Shown here: in pieces, positions 29,938 to 39,233 of the stretch
Layout: every line of letters begins with the position of its first letter
How positions within the stretch are numbered: the first letter of the stretch is position 1
DNA from: Dehalococcoidia bacterium
GTDB lineage: Bacteria > Chloroflexota > Dehalococcoidia > Bin125
Assembly (NCBI GenBank): GCA_963663895.2
Contig: CAXXRD010000002.1
Span: forward strand, 744,484 to 808,483
Length of the DNA: 64,000 bases
Reading direction: 5' to 3'
Translations under genes and position numbers: made by a program
The notes under the pieces: generated by a model
What the model was told of the DNA's origin: nothing
The model's database searches: none
Seen by the model: the letters and a program-made list of their open reading frames with translations, nothing else

Positions 29938-30831
29938 TCATCGCAACGCGGCCTCCTGCTCTTCCACTTGCTGTTGCCACTCGAGCAGTTCGTGCGCGCG
30001 CAACACGATCGGCCGGTCGATCATCTGCCCGTCCAGCGCGACGGCCCCGTGCCCTTGGCGCTCGCCCTCCTCGTACGCGTCCACGACCTGCTTGGCCCAA
30101 GTGAGTTCCTCGGGACTCGGCGCGAACACGCGGTTCGCGATCTCCACCTGTGTGGGGTGAATACAGAATTTGCCCTTGAAGCCGAGCCCGCGGGCATGGG
30201 TGATATCGTGCTCAAAGTGCTCCAGATCGCGGAAGTCCGCCTCGGGCACGTCGATGGGGACGAGATCGGCGGCGCGGGCGGCGATGGCGACCTGCGCGCG
30301 CGGATACTCCATCTCAACCCCCCCGCGCGTGCGGCGCACGCCCAAGCTCGTTACAAAGTCCTCGCCGCCCAGCGCGGCGCCGATCAGCCGCGGCGAGGCG
30401 TGACAGATCTCGTAGGCATGCGAGAGGCCCGTGGTCGTCTCGATCCAAGGGATGACGGTGATTTGGCCCGCTGGCATGCCGCGCACCTTCTCCAAGTAGG
30501 TCAGGTAATGATCGAGTTGCCGGATGTCATCCGCACCGTCGGCCTTTGGCAGGTTGATCCCGTTGAGCCACGGGCCGACGATTGCCTCCAGGTCCAGCTC
30601 CGCATGCGGCGTGCTCAGCCCGTTGATCCGGACGTAGATCAGGCGGCCCTTGGCCGGAAAGTCGCGGATCGCCTCGGCGACCATCTCGCGCGCCTTGCCC
30701 TTCTCCGCCTCGGCCACCGAGTCCTCAAGGTCGAAATTGAGGATGTCGGCCGGAACCGTGCGCGCGCGCTCAATGAAGCGCGCGCGCACCCCTGGGACCG
30801 ACAACATGCTGCGGATGATTCGTGTAGCCGC
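29938..30831 (-). CDS. CitE/HpcH family CoA-ester lyase (start anomalous; first ATG at 30807)
   Basis: RSMLSVPG, DLEDSV, VRIN, LPK, GGED, GKFCIHP, GQMIDRP. Confidence 0.9.
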   Translation of the reverse strand, partial: AATRIIRSMLSVPGVRARFIERARTVPADILNFDLEDSVAEAEKGKAREMVAEAIRDFPAKGRLIYVRINGLSTPHAELDLEAIVGPWLNGINLPKADGADDIRQLDHYLTYLEKVRGMPAGQITVIPWIETTTGLSHAYEICHASPRLIGAALGGEDFVTSLGVRRTRGGVEMEYPRAQVAIAARAADLVPIDVPEADFRDLEHFEHDITHARGLGFKGKFCIHPTQVEIANRVFAPSPEELTWAKQVVDAYEEGERQGHGAVALDGQMIDRPIVLRAHELLEWQQQVEEQEAALR

Positions 30832-30916
30832 TGCTCGACTCCTTCGAAGGCTGGGGCGGAAGAATCCGTAGTCTAGCGATTCGCACGCGCAATGCTACGG
30901 GGGGATGTAGTCACTA

Positions 30917-31091
30917 GGACGGGTGCGACGGATTCGGGGCACCGGACTGCGCCCCGCGGGCAGCGCCAGCCAAGCCGGCCGGGGCGGCTCCTTGCGTTCG
31001 AGGCCGGCTCCGCCGCTGGCAGCGCTGCACATCGATCCCAATATGGGGTGAACCCTCCGTCGTCGCTCGGCCGTCGCGCTGGGGACCGTCC
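30917..31091. ncRNA. Candidate structured ncRNA (rod with central junction, 6S-like size)
   Basis: Closing stems ggacgg/ccgtcc and gcgacgg/ccgtcgc; inner stems gcagcgc/gcgctgc, cagc/gctg and agccggcc/ggccggct; two side hairpins. Confidence 0.4.
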
Positions 31092-31107
31092 GTATCGGGG
31101 CGCCGGA

Positions 31108-32397
31108 TCAGATGGCGGCGAGCGCCGCGAGCGCCTCTCCGTCTTCGTACGGCCCGACGGCGGCGGCGGCGAGGTTGCCTGGCCTGATGACCCGTTGGGC
31201 GACGCGGAGGATGTCGTCCGCGGTGACGGCGCGCAGCGAGCTCACGACCTCGTCGATCGATCGGATCCGGCCTTCGTGCAGTAAGTCGTCGCCCGTTCGC
31301 GAGGCGTGAGCGGTGGCCGTCTCGAGGCTGAGGCGGTAGGCGCCCACTGTATGCTCGCGCGCCTTCTCGAGCTCCTCGGGCGCCACCGGCTCGCACGCCA
31401 ACCGTTTCACCTCGGTCAGAATGATGTCGGTTGCTTCAAGCACGTTCTCTTGCGTGACGCCGGCGCCGATCATCAAGTGTCCGGCGTCGAGGTGCCGCGC
31501 CAGCCGCGAGCCGACCGCGTACGCGAGCCCACGGCGCTCCCGCACTTCCAGGAAGAGGCGGCTGCTCATCCCCGATCCCAAGATGCTGTTCATGAGCGTC
31601 AGCGCATAGCGATCGGGGTCGGTTCGGGGAAAGGTCCGCAAGCCGAACGTGAGGTTGCACTGCTCGATCTCCCGTGTCTCGACGCGGATGCGATCCAGCG
31701 ACATCCCGTCGCGCGCGGCTTCGCGCTCGGGGAGAGGCGCGTTGGGAACCTCCCCCCAGGCCTCGGTCGCTAGCGCCGTCGCCGCGGCGACATCCACATT
31801 GCCGGCGATCGCAAGGACCATGTTCGCGGGCTGGTACCAGGCCGCGATGTGGTCGATGAGGTGCGAACGGTGGACGGAGGCGACGCTTTCGAGGTCGCCG
31901 GCGATGTCCCAGCCGAGCGGCTGGTCGCCGTAGACGGCCTCATCCAGAAGTTGGTCCGCGCGTTGCGCGGGCTCGTCGTGGCTCCGGCGGATCTCCTGCT
32001 GGATCACGGTCCGTTCGCGCTCGATCTCCTCTTCGCTCAGCAGGGAGTGGCGCAACGAGTCCGTGAGGACGTCCATCGCGAGGTCGAGCCGGTCGAAGGG
32101 CACGCGGTTCCAGTAAGTGGTGGCTTCCTTCGTGGTGAAGGCGTTGAGCGTCCCGCCCGCGCCCTCGATCGCGATCGAGATCTCCGCCGCCGTCGGGCGG
32201 GACTCCGTGCCCTTGAACAGCATGTGCTCGAGATAGTGGGAAAGGCCGAGCGTCTCGCGCCGCTCCGCCCGGCTCCCGACGCCCACCCACAGGGCCAGCG
32301 CCGCCGCTTGCGAGTGCGGCAGCGGCGTGACCACGATGCGGAGTCCGTTGTCGAGCGTGGTGATCGTAGAGGGAGTTTGTTTGACGGCAGCGGGCAT
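31108..32397 (-). CDS. M16 family zinc peptidase
   Basis: HYLEH inverzincin motif, LNAFT, GMSSRLFLEVRERRGLAY. Confidence 0.95.
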   Translation of the reverse strand: MPAAVKQTPSTITTLDNGLRIVVTPLPHSQAAALALWVGVGSRAERRETLGLSHYLEHMLFKGTESRPTAAEISIAIEGAGGTLNAFTTKEATTYWNRVPFDRLDLAMDVLTDSLRHSLLSEEEIERERTVIQQEIRRSHDEPAQRADQLLDEAVYGDQPLGWDIAGDLESVASVHRSHLIDHIAAWYQPANMVLAIAGNVDVAAATALATEAWGEVPNAPLPEREAARDGMSLDRIRVETREIEQCNLTFGLRTFPRTDPDRYALTLMNSILGSGMSSRLFLEVRERRGLAYAVGSRLARHLDAGHLMIGAGVTQENVLEATDIILTEVKRLACEPVAPEELEKAREHTVGAYRLSLETATAHASRTGDDLLHEGRIRSIDEVVSSLRAVTADDILRVAQRVIRPGNLAAAAVGPYEDGEALAALAAI

Positions 32398-32523
32398 CAA
32401 TGATCCTGAGATTGGGTACAGGTAGCGTATCACGGTCGTGGCGCTCCGCTTGCCCCGGGCGATCGCCGCGACGCAGGTAGGGCTTGATACACTGGGCGCG
32501 GCGACGGCCGCGAGGAGGAACGG

Positions 32524-32763
32524 GTGACGATCACGGTGCGGCTAGCGGACACGCTCGTGGAGCTCTCCGCGCGCAAGGAGCCGGAGTTTCAGGTCGATCA
32601 TCGCGACGGGATGACCGTCTGGGACCTCATCCTGGAGCAAGGATTCCGCGAGCGCGATGCCGAGGCGATCGCCGCGATCATCAACGACGAGCAAGGCGAG
32701 CACGACGATCTGCTGCGCGACGGTGACACGGTCGAGCTGCTGGTGAGCATCTCCGGCGGATGA
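32524..32763 (+). CDS. MoaD/ThiS/SAMP-like ubiquitin-fold protein
   Basis: 79 aa ending LRDGDTVELLVSISGG; GAGGAGG RBS. Confidence 0.85.
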   Translation: MTITVRLADTLVELSARKEPEFQVDHRDGMTVWDLILEQGFRERDAEAIAAIINDEQGEHDDLLRDGDTVELLVSISGG

Positions 32764-32911
32764 GACAGGACCTGCGCGCGGATCACGCGCCGCCGTGCGA
32801 TAATGCCGCGACCGTTCATTGACACCCTTTCGCGCGCGTCGATACGATGCCAGTAGCACAGATGGTCGCATCGCTGTCGGAATGCCCGAGAGCGGCGGCC
32901 TAGCGAGGCTG

Positions 32912-34570
32912 ATGCCGAAGTACATCTTCGTTACGGGTGGGGTGGTCAGTTCTGTCGGTAAAGGCATCACCAGCGCATCCCTCGCGACCCTGCTGAAGAG
33001 CCGCGGACACACGGTTACCGTTCAAAAGCTCGACCCCTACTTGAACGTCGATCCGGGCACCATGTCGCCGTACCAGCACGGCGAGGTCTTCGTGACCGCT
33101 GACGGGGCCGAGACCGACCTGGACTTGGGCCACTACGAGCGCTTTCTGGACCAAGATCTCACCGGCGCCTCGTCGCTCACCATGGGCCAAGTGCACCAGG
33201 CCGTCATACAGCGGGAGCGGCGGGGGGATTTCTTGGGCGGCACCATCCAGCAGGTGCCCCACATCACGGATGAAGTCAAAGCGTGCGTGCGCGGACTGGC
33301 GGAGCAATCCGGCGTCGACCTGCTGATCGTCGAAGTCGGCGGCACTATCGGCGATATCGAAGGGCAAGCTTTCTTGGAGGCGATCCGGCAGATTCGTTCC
33401 GAGGGAAACCGCACCGACGCCGTGTCGGTGCACGTGACGATGCTGCCCTATCTCCGCGCGACCGGGGAGCTCAAGACCAAGCCCACGCAGCACTCCGTCC
33501 GTGAGCTCCGCTCTGCGGGGATCCAGCCCGATGTCATCATCGCGCGCGCGGAGATGCCGGTCGGCGATCCGATCAAGGCCAAAGTCGCCCTCTTCTGCGA
33601 TGTCGAGCCACGTGCCGTGGTGCCCCTTGAGACGGCGCCGAGCATCTACCAAGTGCCGCTGATCCTTGATGATGCCGGTGTCACGGATCTCATCCTGGAG
33701 CGCTTGGCGCTTCCGCCTGCCGACCGAGACTTGCAGCAGTGGCGTGAATGGGTCTCCGCGCTGCGCAATCCAACGGTACACGTCCCAATCGCGATCGTGG
33801 GCAAGTATGTCGAGCTGCCGGACGCCTATCTCTCCGTCAAGGAGGCGCTCATCCACGCGGGCGTGGAGCATGGTGTCGCCATTGATCTCCGCTGGGTCCA
33901 GTCCGATCGCCTGGAAGGCGCTGATGTCGCCGCCGAGCTCGCGGGCGTGTGTGGCCTGCTGGTGCCGGGCGGCTTCGGCGAGCGGGGCAGCGAAGGCGAG
34001 GTCGCGGCGGCGCGCTGGGCGCGCGAATACCGGATCCCGTATCTGGGTCTTTGCCGCGGGATGCAGCAAATGGTCATCGAGTTCGCACGGAACGTGGCCG
34101 GGTTGGCCGCCGCCAACTCCACCGAGTTCGAGAGGGACGCGGGCGCCCCCGTAATTTCCCTGCTGGAAGAGCAGGAGCACGTGCGAGAGATGGGCGGGAC
34201 GATGCGGTTGGGTCACTACCCGTGCCGCTTGATCGCGGGGACGCGCGCGGCGGCCGCCTACGGGGATGAGTTGGTGCACGAGCGGCATCGCCACCGCTGG
34301 GAATTCAACAACGCCTTCCGCGAATTGCTGGCGGCGGCCGGGCTCGTCGCGAGCGGCGTCGCCCCGGACGATTCCCTCGTCGAGATCGTCGAGCTTGAGG
34401 GACACCCCTTCATGCTGGGATCGCAGTTCCATCCCGAGTTGCGCTCGCGGCCCGGGCATCCCCACCCACTCTTCTCGGCGTTTATCACGGAGGCGCTGGC
34501 GGCCTTGCCCTTCGCATCATCGCCGGCCGAGGAGCCGCGCGTCGCGGCTTCGGAGGTGGTGGGATCGTAG
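32912..34570 (+). CDS. pyrG: CTP synthase
   Basis: KYIFVTGGVVSSVGKG, DPYLNVDPGTMSP, KTKPTQ, ERHRHR, QFHPE. Confidence 0.98.
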   Translation: MPKYIFVTGGVVSSVGKGITSASLATLLKSRGHTVTVQKLDPYLNVDPGTMSPYQHGEVFVTADGAETDLDLGHYERFLDQDLTGASSLTMGQVHQAVIQRERRGDFLGGTIQQVPHITDEVKACVRGLAEQSGVDLLIVEVGGTIGDIEGQAFLEAIRQIRSEGNRTDAVSVHVTMLPYLRATGELKTKPTQHSVRELRSAGIQPDVIIARAEMPVGDPIKAKVALFCDVEPRAVVPLETAPSIYQVPLILDDAGVTDLILERLALPPADRDLQQWREWVSALRNPTVHVPIAIVGKYVELPDAYLSVKEALIHAGVEHGVAIDLRWVQSDRLEGADVAAELAGVCGLLVPGGFGERGSEGEVAAARWAREYRIPYLGLCRGMQQMVIEFARNVAGLAAANSTEFERDAGAPVISLLEEQEHVREMGGTMRLGHYPCRLIAGTRAAAAYGDELVHERHRHRWEFNNAFRELLAAAGLVASGVAPDDSLVEIVELEGHPFMLGSQFHPELRSRPGHPHPLFSAFITEALAALPFASSPAEEPRVAASEVVGS

Positions 34571-34579
34571 GCGGAACGG

Positions 34580-35059
34580 ATGAGTGAGGATGAGGCGCTC
34601 CGCCTTGTGCACATGCTTGCGTTATTCCTGTTTGCCGCTGGCGTCGGCGGCACGCTGCTTCCGCTCTACCGCTCTTGGTCGAGCGGCGACGTGATCGCTC
34701 AGGCGCACGCCTTTCAGTCGGCGGGCCGCAACCAAGTCGGCGTCATGCTGCCGGGATTGATCCTCGTCGGTGTCACCGGGCTCGTGTGGGCGATCCGCTC
34801 GGATATCTACGATCCGATCGAGACGGGCTGGCTCCTCGCGGTCGAGGGGTTGTACCTGTTCGTGCTCTTCGTCTGCTTTCCGGCGATGAGCGCTGGGTTG
34901 CGACGTGCCCGTATCCTCGCGCTGCAAGCGCTGAAGAGCGGTGAAGTGTCGCCGGAGCTAGAAGAGACGCTGGCGGACCATGCCCCGCTCGTGGTGGGGA
35001 CCGTCATTGTGTTGATGAGCGTGCTGGCGGCGGCGCTGGCGATCACGAAGCCGTTCTAG
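34580..35059 (+). CDS. DUF2269-like membrane protein
   Basis: Four TM helices, N-terminal H, GW, C-terminal KPF. Confidence 0.65.
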   Translation: MSEDEALRLVHMLALFLFAAGVGGTLLPLYRSWSSGDVIAQAHAFQSAGRNQVGVMLPGLILVGVTGLVWAIRSDIYDPIETGWLLAVEGLYLFVLFVCFPAMSAGLRRARILALQALKSGEVSPELEETLADHAPLVVGTVIVLMSVLAAALAITKPF

Positions 35060-35086
35060 CGCGAGAGACGCGAAAGGGGATCGACC

Positions 35087-35752
35087 GTGCGCATCTTCCT
35101 CGACACCGCCAACTTGGCGGAGATCCGGACCGCCGTACGCTGGGGCGTATGCGCGGGCGTCACCACCAACCCCACGCTCTATGCCAAAGAGAGCGGGAGT
35201 GGGGTCAGCTACCGCGAGCGCGTGGTCGAGATCGCGGAGATCGTGGGGGGGCATGTCTCGGCGGAGTGCGTCAGTCGCACGGCGGACGACCTCGTGGAGG
35301 AGGCGCGTGCGATCGTGTCGTGGCACCCCAACGTGGTCGTCAAGATCCCTGCCGATGAGGCCGGGATCGAAGCGATCCACCGGGTCAGCAGCGAGGGCAT
35401 CCGCGTCAATACGACGTTGATATTCAGCGTGAATCAAGCGCTGCTGGTCGCGAACGCCGGCGCCGCGTTCGTCAGTCCCTTTGTCGGACGTCTGGATGAT
35501 ATCGATCACGATGGCATCGACCTGGTTCGCGAAACCGTCGAGCTTCTCGACCGCTACCACCTGCCGACCCAAGTGATCGCCGCCAGCATCCGGGGCCCGC
35601 AGCACGTCAGCGCCGCCGCCGCCGCCGGCGCGCATATTGCAACCGTGCCCTTCAAGGTCCTGCGACAGATGTTGCAGCATCCGCTCACCGACCGCGGCAT
35701 CGCCGCCTTCCTCGCCGATTGGGAGCGGGCACAGACGGCGGTGGGGCGCTAG
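35087..35752 (+). CDS. tal: Transaldolase (FSA/TalC family)
   Basis: IFLDTA, GVTTNP, VVKIP, NTTLIFS, SPFVGR; the Glu and Phe residues typical of transaldolase are present. Confidence 0.92.
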   Translation: MRIFLDTANLAEIRTAVRWGVCAGVTTNPTLYAKESGSGVSYRERVVEIAEIVGGHVSAECVSRTADDLVEEARAIVSWHPNVVVKIPADEAGIEAIHRVSSEGIRVNTTLIFSVNQALLVANAGAAFVSPFVGRLDDIDHDGIDLVRETVELLDRYHLPTQVIAASIRGPQHVSAAAAAGAHIATVPFKVLRQMLQHPLTDRGIAAFLADWERAQTAVGR

Positions 35753-35892
35753 CGCTCCCCGACGTCCGGCGCGGGGCAGCGGCTTGCGCGCCGCGATCGG
35801 TGCGATTATGCTAAGCTCGCTTGAGCAGGCGTGCGCTTAAAGGTTGCGGCGCCACCCCACTTTTGCGGTTCACCCCAACGATGCACCAGTGA

Positions 35893-37191
35893 GTGCAAAG
35901 CCAATTGGGCGCAGGACCAAGCGCGTTGAACATCACCGAACTCGAATCGAAAACCCGCGACGAGCTTGTTGAGCAGGCCAAAGATGCCGGCGTGACCGGT
36001 GCCGCGCGTCTCAAGAAGCAAGATCTCGTTCTCCGCCTCTTGCAGGCGCAGAGCGCGACCAAAGGCAACCTACTCTCCGGCGGAGTCATCGACATCGTCG
36101 ACGACGGGTATGGTTTCCTGCGGGGCGAAGCCCTCCTCCCCGCCGGTACGGACGTGTACGTTTCCCAGTCACAGGTCCGGCGCTTTGCCTTACGCCCCGG
36201 CGACTATGTCACCGGGCAGGTGCGCCCCCCTCGCGATGGCGAAAAATACTACGGCCTCTGGCAGGTGGACCTCGTCAACGGCATGGACCCGGAAGAGGCG
36301 AAGCGGCGGCCGCACTTCGAGAATCAGACCGCCATTTTCCCGAATGAGCAGTTCGTTCTTGAAACGGAAGATCCCGCGAACCTCTCCGGGCGGTTGATCG
36401 ACCTTGTCGCACCGCTGGGCCGCGGCCAGCGCGGCCTCATCGTCTCACCGCCCAAGGCGGGCAAGACGATGCTGCTGCAGAGCATCGCCAACGGCGTCAC
36501 CTCCAACAACGAGACCGCTCACCTCATCGTGGTCCTGGTCGGGGAGCGTCCCGAGGAGGTCACCGAAATGCGCCGCACCGTGCGGGGCGAGGTCGTCTCC
36601 TCGACCTTTGACGACCCGGTCGAGGACCATACGCGCGTCGCGGAGATGGCGCTTGAGCGCGCGAAGCGCCTGATGGAATGCAGTCGCGACGTGGTGATCC
36701 TGTGCGACTCCATCACGCGGCTGACGCGGGCCTATAACTTGGAGATGCCGACCAGCGGACGCACCCTCACGGGCGGCATGGACCCGATCGCGCTCTATCC
36801 GCCCAAGCGCTTTTTCGGCGCGGCCCGCAAAGCCGAAGAGGGTGGCAGCCTCACGATCATCGCCACCTGCCTCATCGACACCGGCAGCCGCCTCGACGAC
36901 GTGATCTACGAGGAGTTCAAAGGCACCGGGAACTGGGAAGTGCACCTCGATCGCAAGCTCTCCGAGCGCCGCGTTTTCCCCGCCATCGACATCGCGCGGA
37001 GCGGTACCCGCCGCGAGGAGCTGCTGCTGCCGTCGGATAAGCTCCAGCGGGTTTGGCTGCTGCGGCGTATGGTGTCGATGCTGAGCAGCGGCAATTCCCA
37101 GACCGAGCCCACCGAGCGCTTGATCGAGCGGCTCAGCCGCACCAAGTCCAACGAAGAGTTCCTCAGCTCCCTCGCCACCGCCGACGCGTAG
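35893..37191 (+). CDS. rho: Transcription termination factor Rho
   Basis: [43 protein letters not shown]. Confidence 0.98.
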   Translation: MQSQLGAGPSALNITELESKTRDELVEQAKDAGVTGAARLKKQDLVLRLLQAQSATKGNLLSGGVIDIVDDGYGFLRGEALLPAGTDVYVSQSQVRRFALRPGDYVTGQVRPPRDGEKYYGLWQVDLVNGMDPEEAKRRPHFENQTAIFPNEQFVLETEDPANLSGRLIDLVAPLGRGQRGLIVSPPKAGKTMLLQSIANGVTSNNETAHLIVVLVGERPEEVTEMRRTVRGEVVSSTFDDPVEDHTRVAEMALERAKRLMECSRDVVILCDSITRLTRAYNLEMPTSGRTLTGGMDPIALYPPKRFFGAARKAEEGGSLTIIATCLIDTGSRLDDVIYEEFKGTGNWEVHLDRKLSERRVFPAIDIARSGTRREELLLPSDKLQRVWLLRRMVSMLSSGNSQTEPTERLIERLSRTKSNEEFLSSLATADA

Positions 37192-37228
37192 GCTGTCCGG
37201 CAGACCTCCGCATCCTCCCTCGCAGCGG

Positions 37229-37870
37229 TCAGTCGCCCCGCGGCGACAGCACCTGGACCGTGGTGTGCTCGGGCAGGCCGCTCGCCGTGACGTTGACGTG
37301 ATTCTCCAGCGTCTCCGGTTTCTGCGCGCCCATCTCTTTGAGGAACGGCTCGACCGTGTCCAGCAGCTCCGTCTCGGGTCCCGCCTTGTACAACATCGGG
37401 ATGACCAGCTTCGGCTCGAGCGTGCTCACGACCTGCGCCGCCGCCGCCGCATCAAGGTGCCCGTGTCCTCCGATCGGCACCAGTGCCACGTCCGCTTGGC
37501 CGAGCATCTCCACTTCGTCCGCTGTCGGCAGCGCGCCCAGGTCGCCGAGGTGGACGACCGCGACCGCGTCGATGGTGATCACGAAGGCGGTGTTGTAGCC
37601 GTCGCCGCCTGCACGCTGGGGCCGGGGAGTGCGGACCCCCGTCACCAAGACTTGCTTGGCCTCATACTCACCCGGGGCATCGAGTTGCAGCGGATCGCCG
37701 GCCACGCCCTGCACCCAGCTGAACTCGGGCGCCGCATTCGACACGGTGACGATCTCCGCGCGCGGGCGGTTGAGACGGAAGCCCGTCGACGATGGGCAAG
37801 GGTCCATGACGACGGCGGCGTCGCGACCGCGGAGCCGGAAAGCGCTGTGGCCGATCCAGGCGATATCCAT
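37229..37870 (-). CDS. Metallo-beta-lactamase-fold protein, metal motif degenerate
   Basis: WIGHSAF, DP, PGEYE, HLGDLG, IPM; HxHxDH replaced by NAAPEF. Confidence 0.85.
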   Translation of the reverse strand: MDIAWIGHSAFRLRGRDAAVVMDPCPSSTGFRLNRPRAEIVTVSNAAPEFSWVQGVAGDPLQLDAPGEYEAKQVLVTGVRTPRPQRAGGDGYNTAFVITIDAVAVVHLGDLGALPTADEVEMLGQADVALVPIGGHGHLDAAAAAQVVSTLEPKLVIPMLYKAGPETELLDTVEPFLKEMGAQKPETLENHVNVTASGLPEHTTVQVLSPRGD

Positions 37871-37895
37871 GACGCTATTGTTGAAGCCTCGCGGC

Positions 37896-39128
37896 CTAGG
37901 CTCCAGCGCTGGCGTCGGTTTCGGCCCTGGCGAGGATGACGGCCGCGTTCTGGCCCAGCGTGCCGTAGGCGCACACCGCGGCTCCCCCGAGATGATCCCG
38001 TTGGGGTGTCCGGGCAAAGTCGAGCTCGCAGGCCTCGTCGGGCTGCTCGAAGCTGGCATGCGGCGGTACGACCTGCTCTGCTAAGCCGAAGACTGCCGCG
38101 GCGGCGGCCAGCGCGCCGCTCGCGCCGACCGTGAAACCCACGACCGGCGTCACCGTCGTCACGTATGTATCGAGGATCCGGGCGCCGAGAGAGCGCTCCA
38201 GGATGTCCGTCTCGCGCGCGTCGCCGGCCAGCGTTCCTGCGCCGGCTGCGTAGACGACATCGATCTGATGCGGGCTGATCGCCGCCTGCCGGATCGCTGT
38301 GCCCAGCGCTCGCCGTCCGATGTCGACATCGGTAGGGGCGCAGCCGTCGCCCGGCGGGCCAGATGTCTGGCCGAAGCCGATCACTTCGGCGTAGATGCGG
38401 GCGCCGCGCGCTAGGGCGACGTCCCGGTTCTCCAGCACGAGAGCGGCCGCGCCTTCGCCGAGGACCAGTCCGTCGCGCAGGAGGTCGAAGGGACGCAGGG
38501 CGTTTGGCTCCGACTGGCGGCTGAGCAGCCCGGCCGCCTCGTACGCGGACCAGATCCGGCGGCTGAGCGGCGCCTCGGCCCCGCCGGCCACCGCGATCTG
38601 GACCGTGCCGCTCTGGATGAGCGCCGTCGCCTCGCCGATCGCGATGAGCCCCGAGGCGGCGTCGGCGCGAATCGTGGCGGATGGCCCGCTGATATGGAGG
38701 CCGATGGTCACCCCGGCCAACCCGTCGCTGAAGAAGCGACGGGCGTCTACGCCGTCCGCGCTGTCGAATTCATCCGCGTGCGCCGTCCCGATCAGCGCAC
38801 CGATGTACGGCGCTTGTTCGGGCCCCAGCTCCAGCCGGGAATCGCCGATCGCCTGCATGGAAGCGTCCAGCGCGAAGCAAGCGCTGCGGCTGAGGCGGCG
38901 CAGCACGGCGTCGGGCACGCCACTGGGTCCGCGGTAGTCTGCCAGCTGTGCGACCACGGCGGGCCGGCCCGGATCGAAGGCCGTGAGCGGGGAGGGAGCG
39001 AGCCGTTCCTGGAGAAGCGCGCTCCATAGATCCGGCGCCCTGGGTCCGGCGGCGCTGACGGCGCCCACGCCGGTCACCACCACCCGAACCGGCTCGATTC
39101 GTCCTGCTGCTGGACCACCGCTCGTCAT
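37896..39128 (-). CDS. FabF/KAS-fold ketosynthase homolog lacking catalytic residues
   Basis: RVVVTGVGAVS, AGGAEA, RPFD...GLVLGEGA, RGARIYAE; C/H/H triad positions read A/A/F. Confidence 0.88.
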   Translation of the reverse strand: MTSGGPAAGRIEPVRVVVTGVGAVSAAGPRAPDLWSALLQERLAPSPLTAFDPGRPAVVAQLADYRGPSGVPDAVLRRLSRSACFALDASMQAIGDSRLELGPEQAPYIGALIGTAHADEFDSADGVDARRFFSDGLAGVTIGLHISGPSATIRADAASGLIAIGEATALIQSGTVQIAVAGGAEAPLSRRIWSAYEAAGLLSRQSEPNALRPFDLLRDGLVLGEGAAALVLENRDVALARGARIYAEVIGFGQTSGPPGDGCAPTDVDIGRRALGTAIRQAAISPHQIDVVYAAGAGTLAGDARETDILERSLGARILDTYVTTVTPVVGFTVGASGALAAAAAVFGLAEQVVPPHASFEQPDEACELDFARTPQRDHLGGAAVCAYGTLGQNAAVILARAETDASAGA

Positions 39129-39145
39129 GGGGACACGCTCGTTTC

Positions 39146-39174
39146 TTGACCACCAGATAGGCGAGTGATAGGCT
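39146..39174 (+). promoter_or_regulatory. Sigma70-type promoter of hrcA
   Basis: TTGACC-N17-TAGGCT with extended TG, directly upstream of the CIRCE. Confidence 0.7.
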
Positions 39175-39183
39175 CATCCTCCC

Positions 39184-39210
39184 TTGGCACTCTCAGTATG
39201 AGAGTGCCAA
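39184..39210. promoter_or_regulatory. CIRCE element
   Basis: TTGGCACTC-N9-GAGTGCCAA, matching TTAGCACTC-N9-GAGTGCTAA, upstream of hrcA. Confidence 0.96.
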
Positions 39211-39233
39211 ACGGTGAGAAGGATTGTCGCGGC

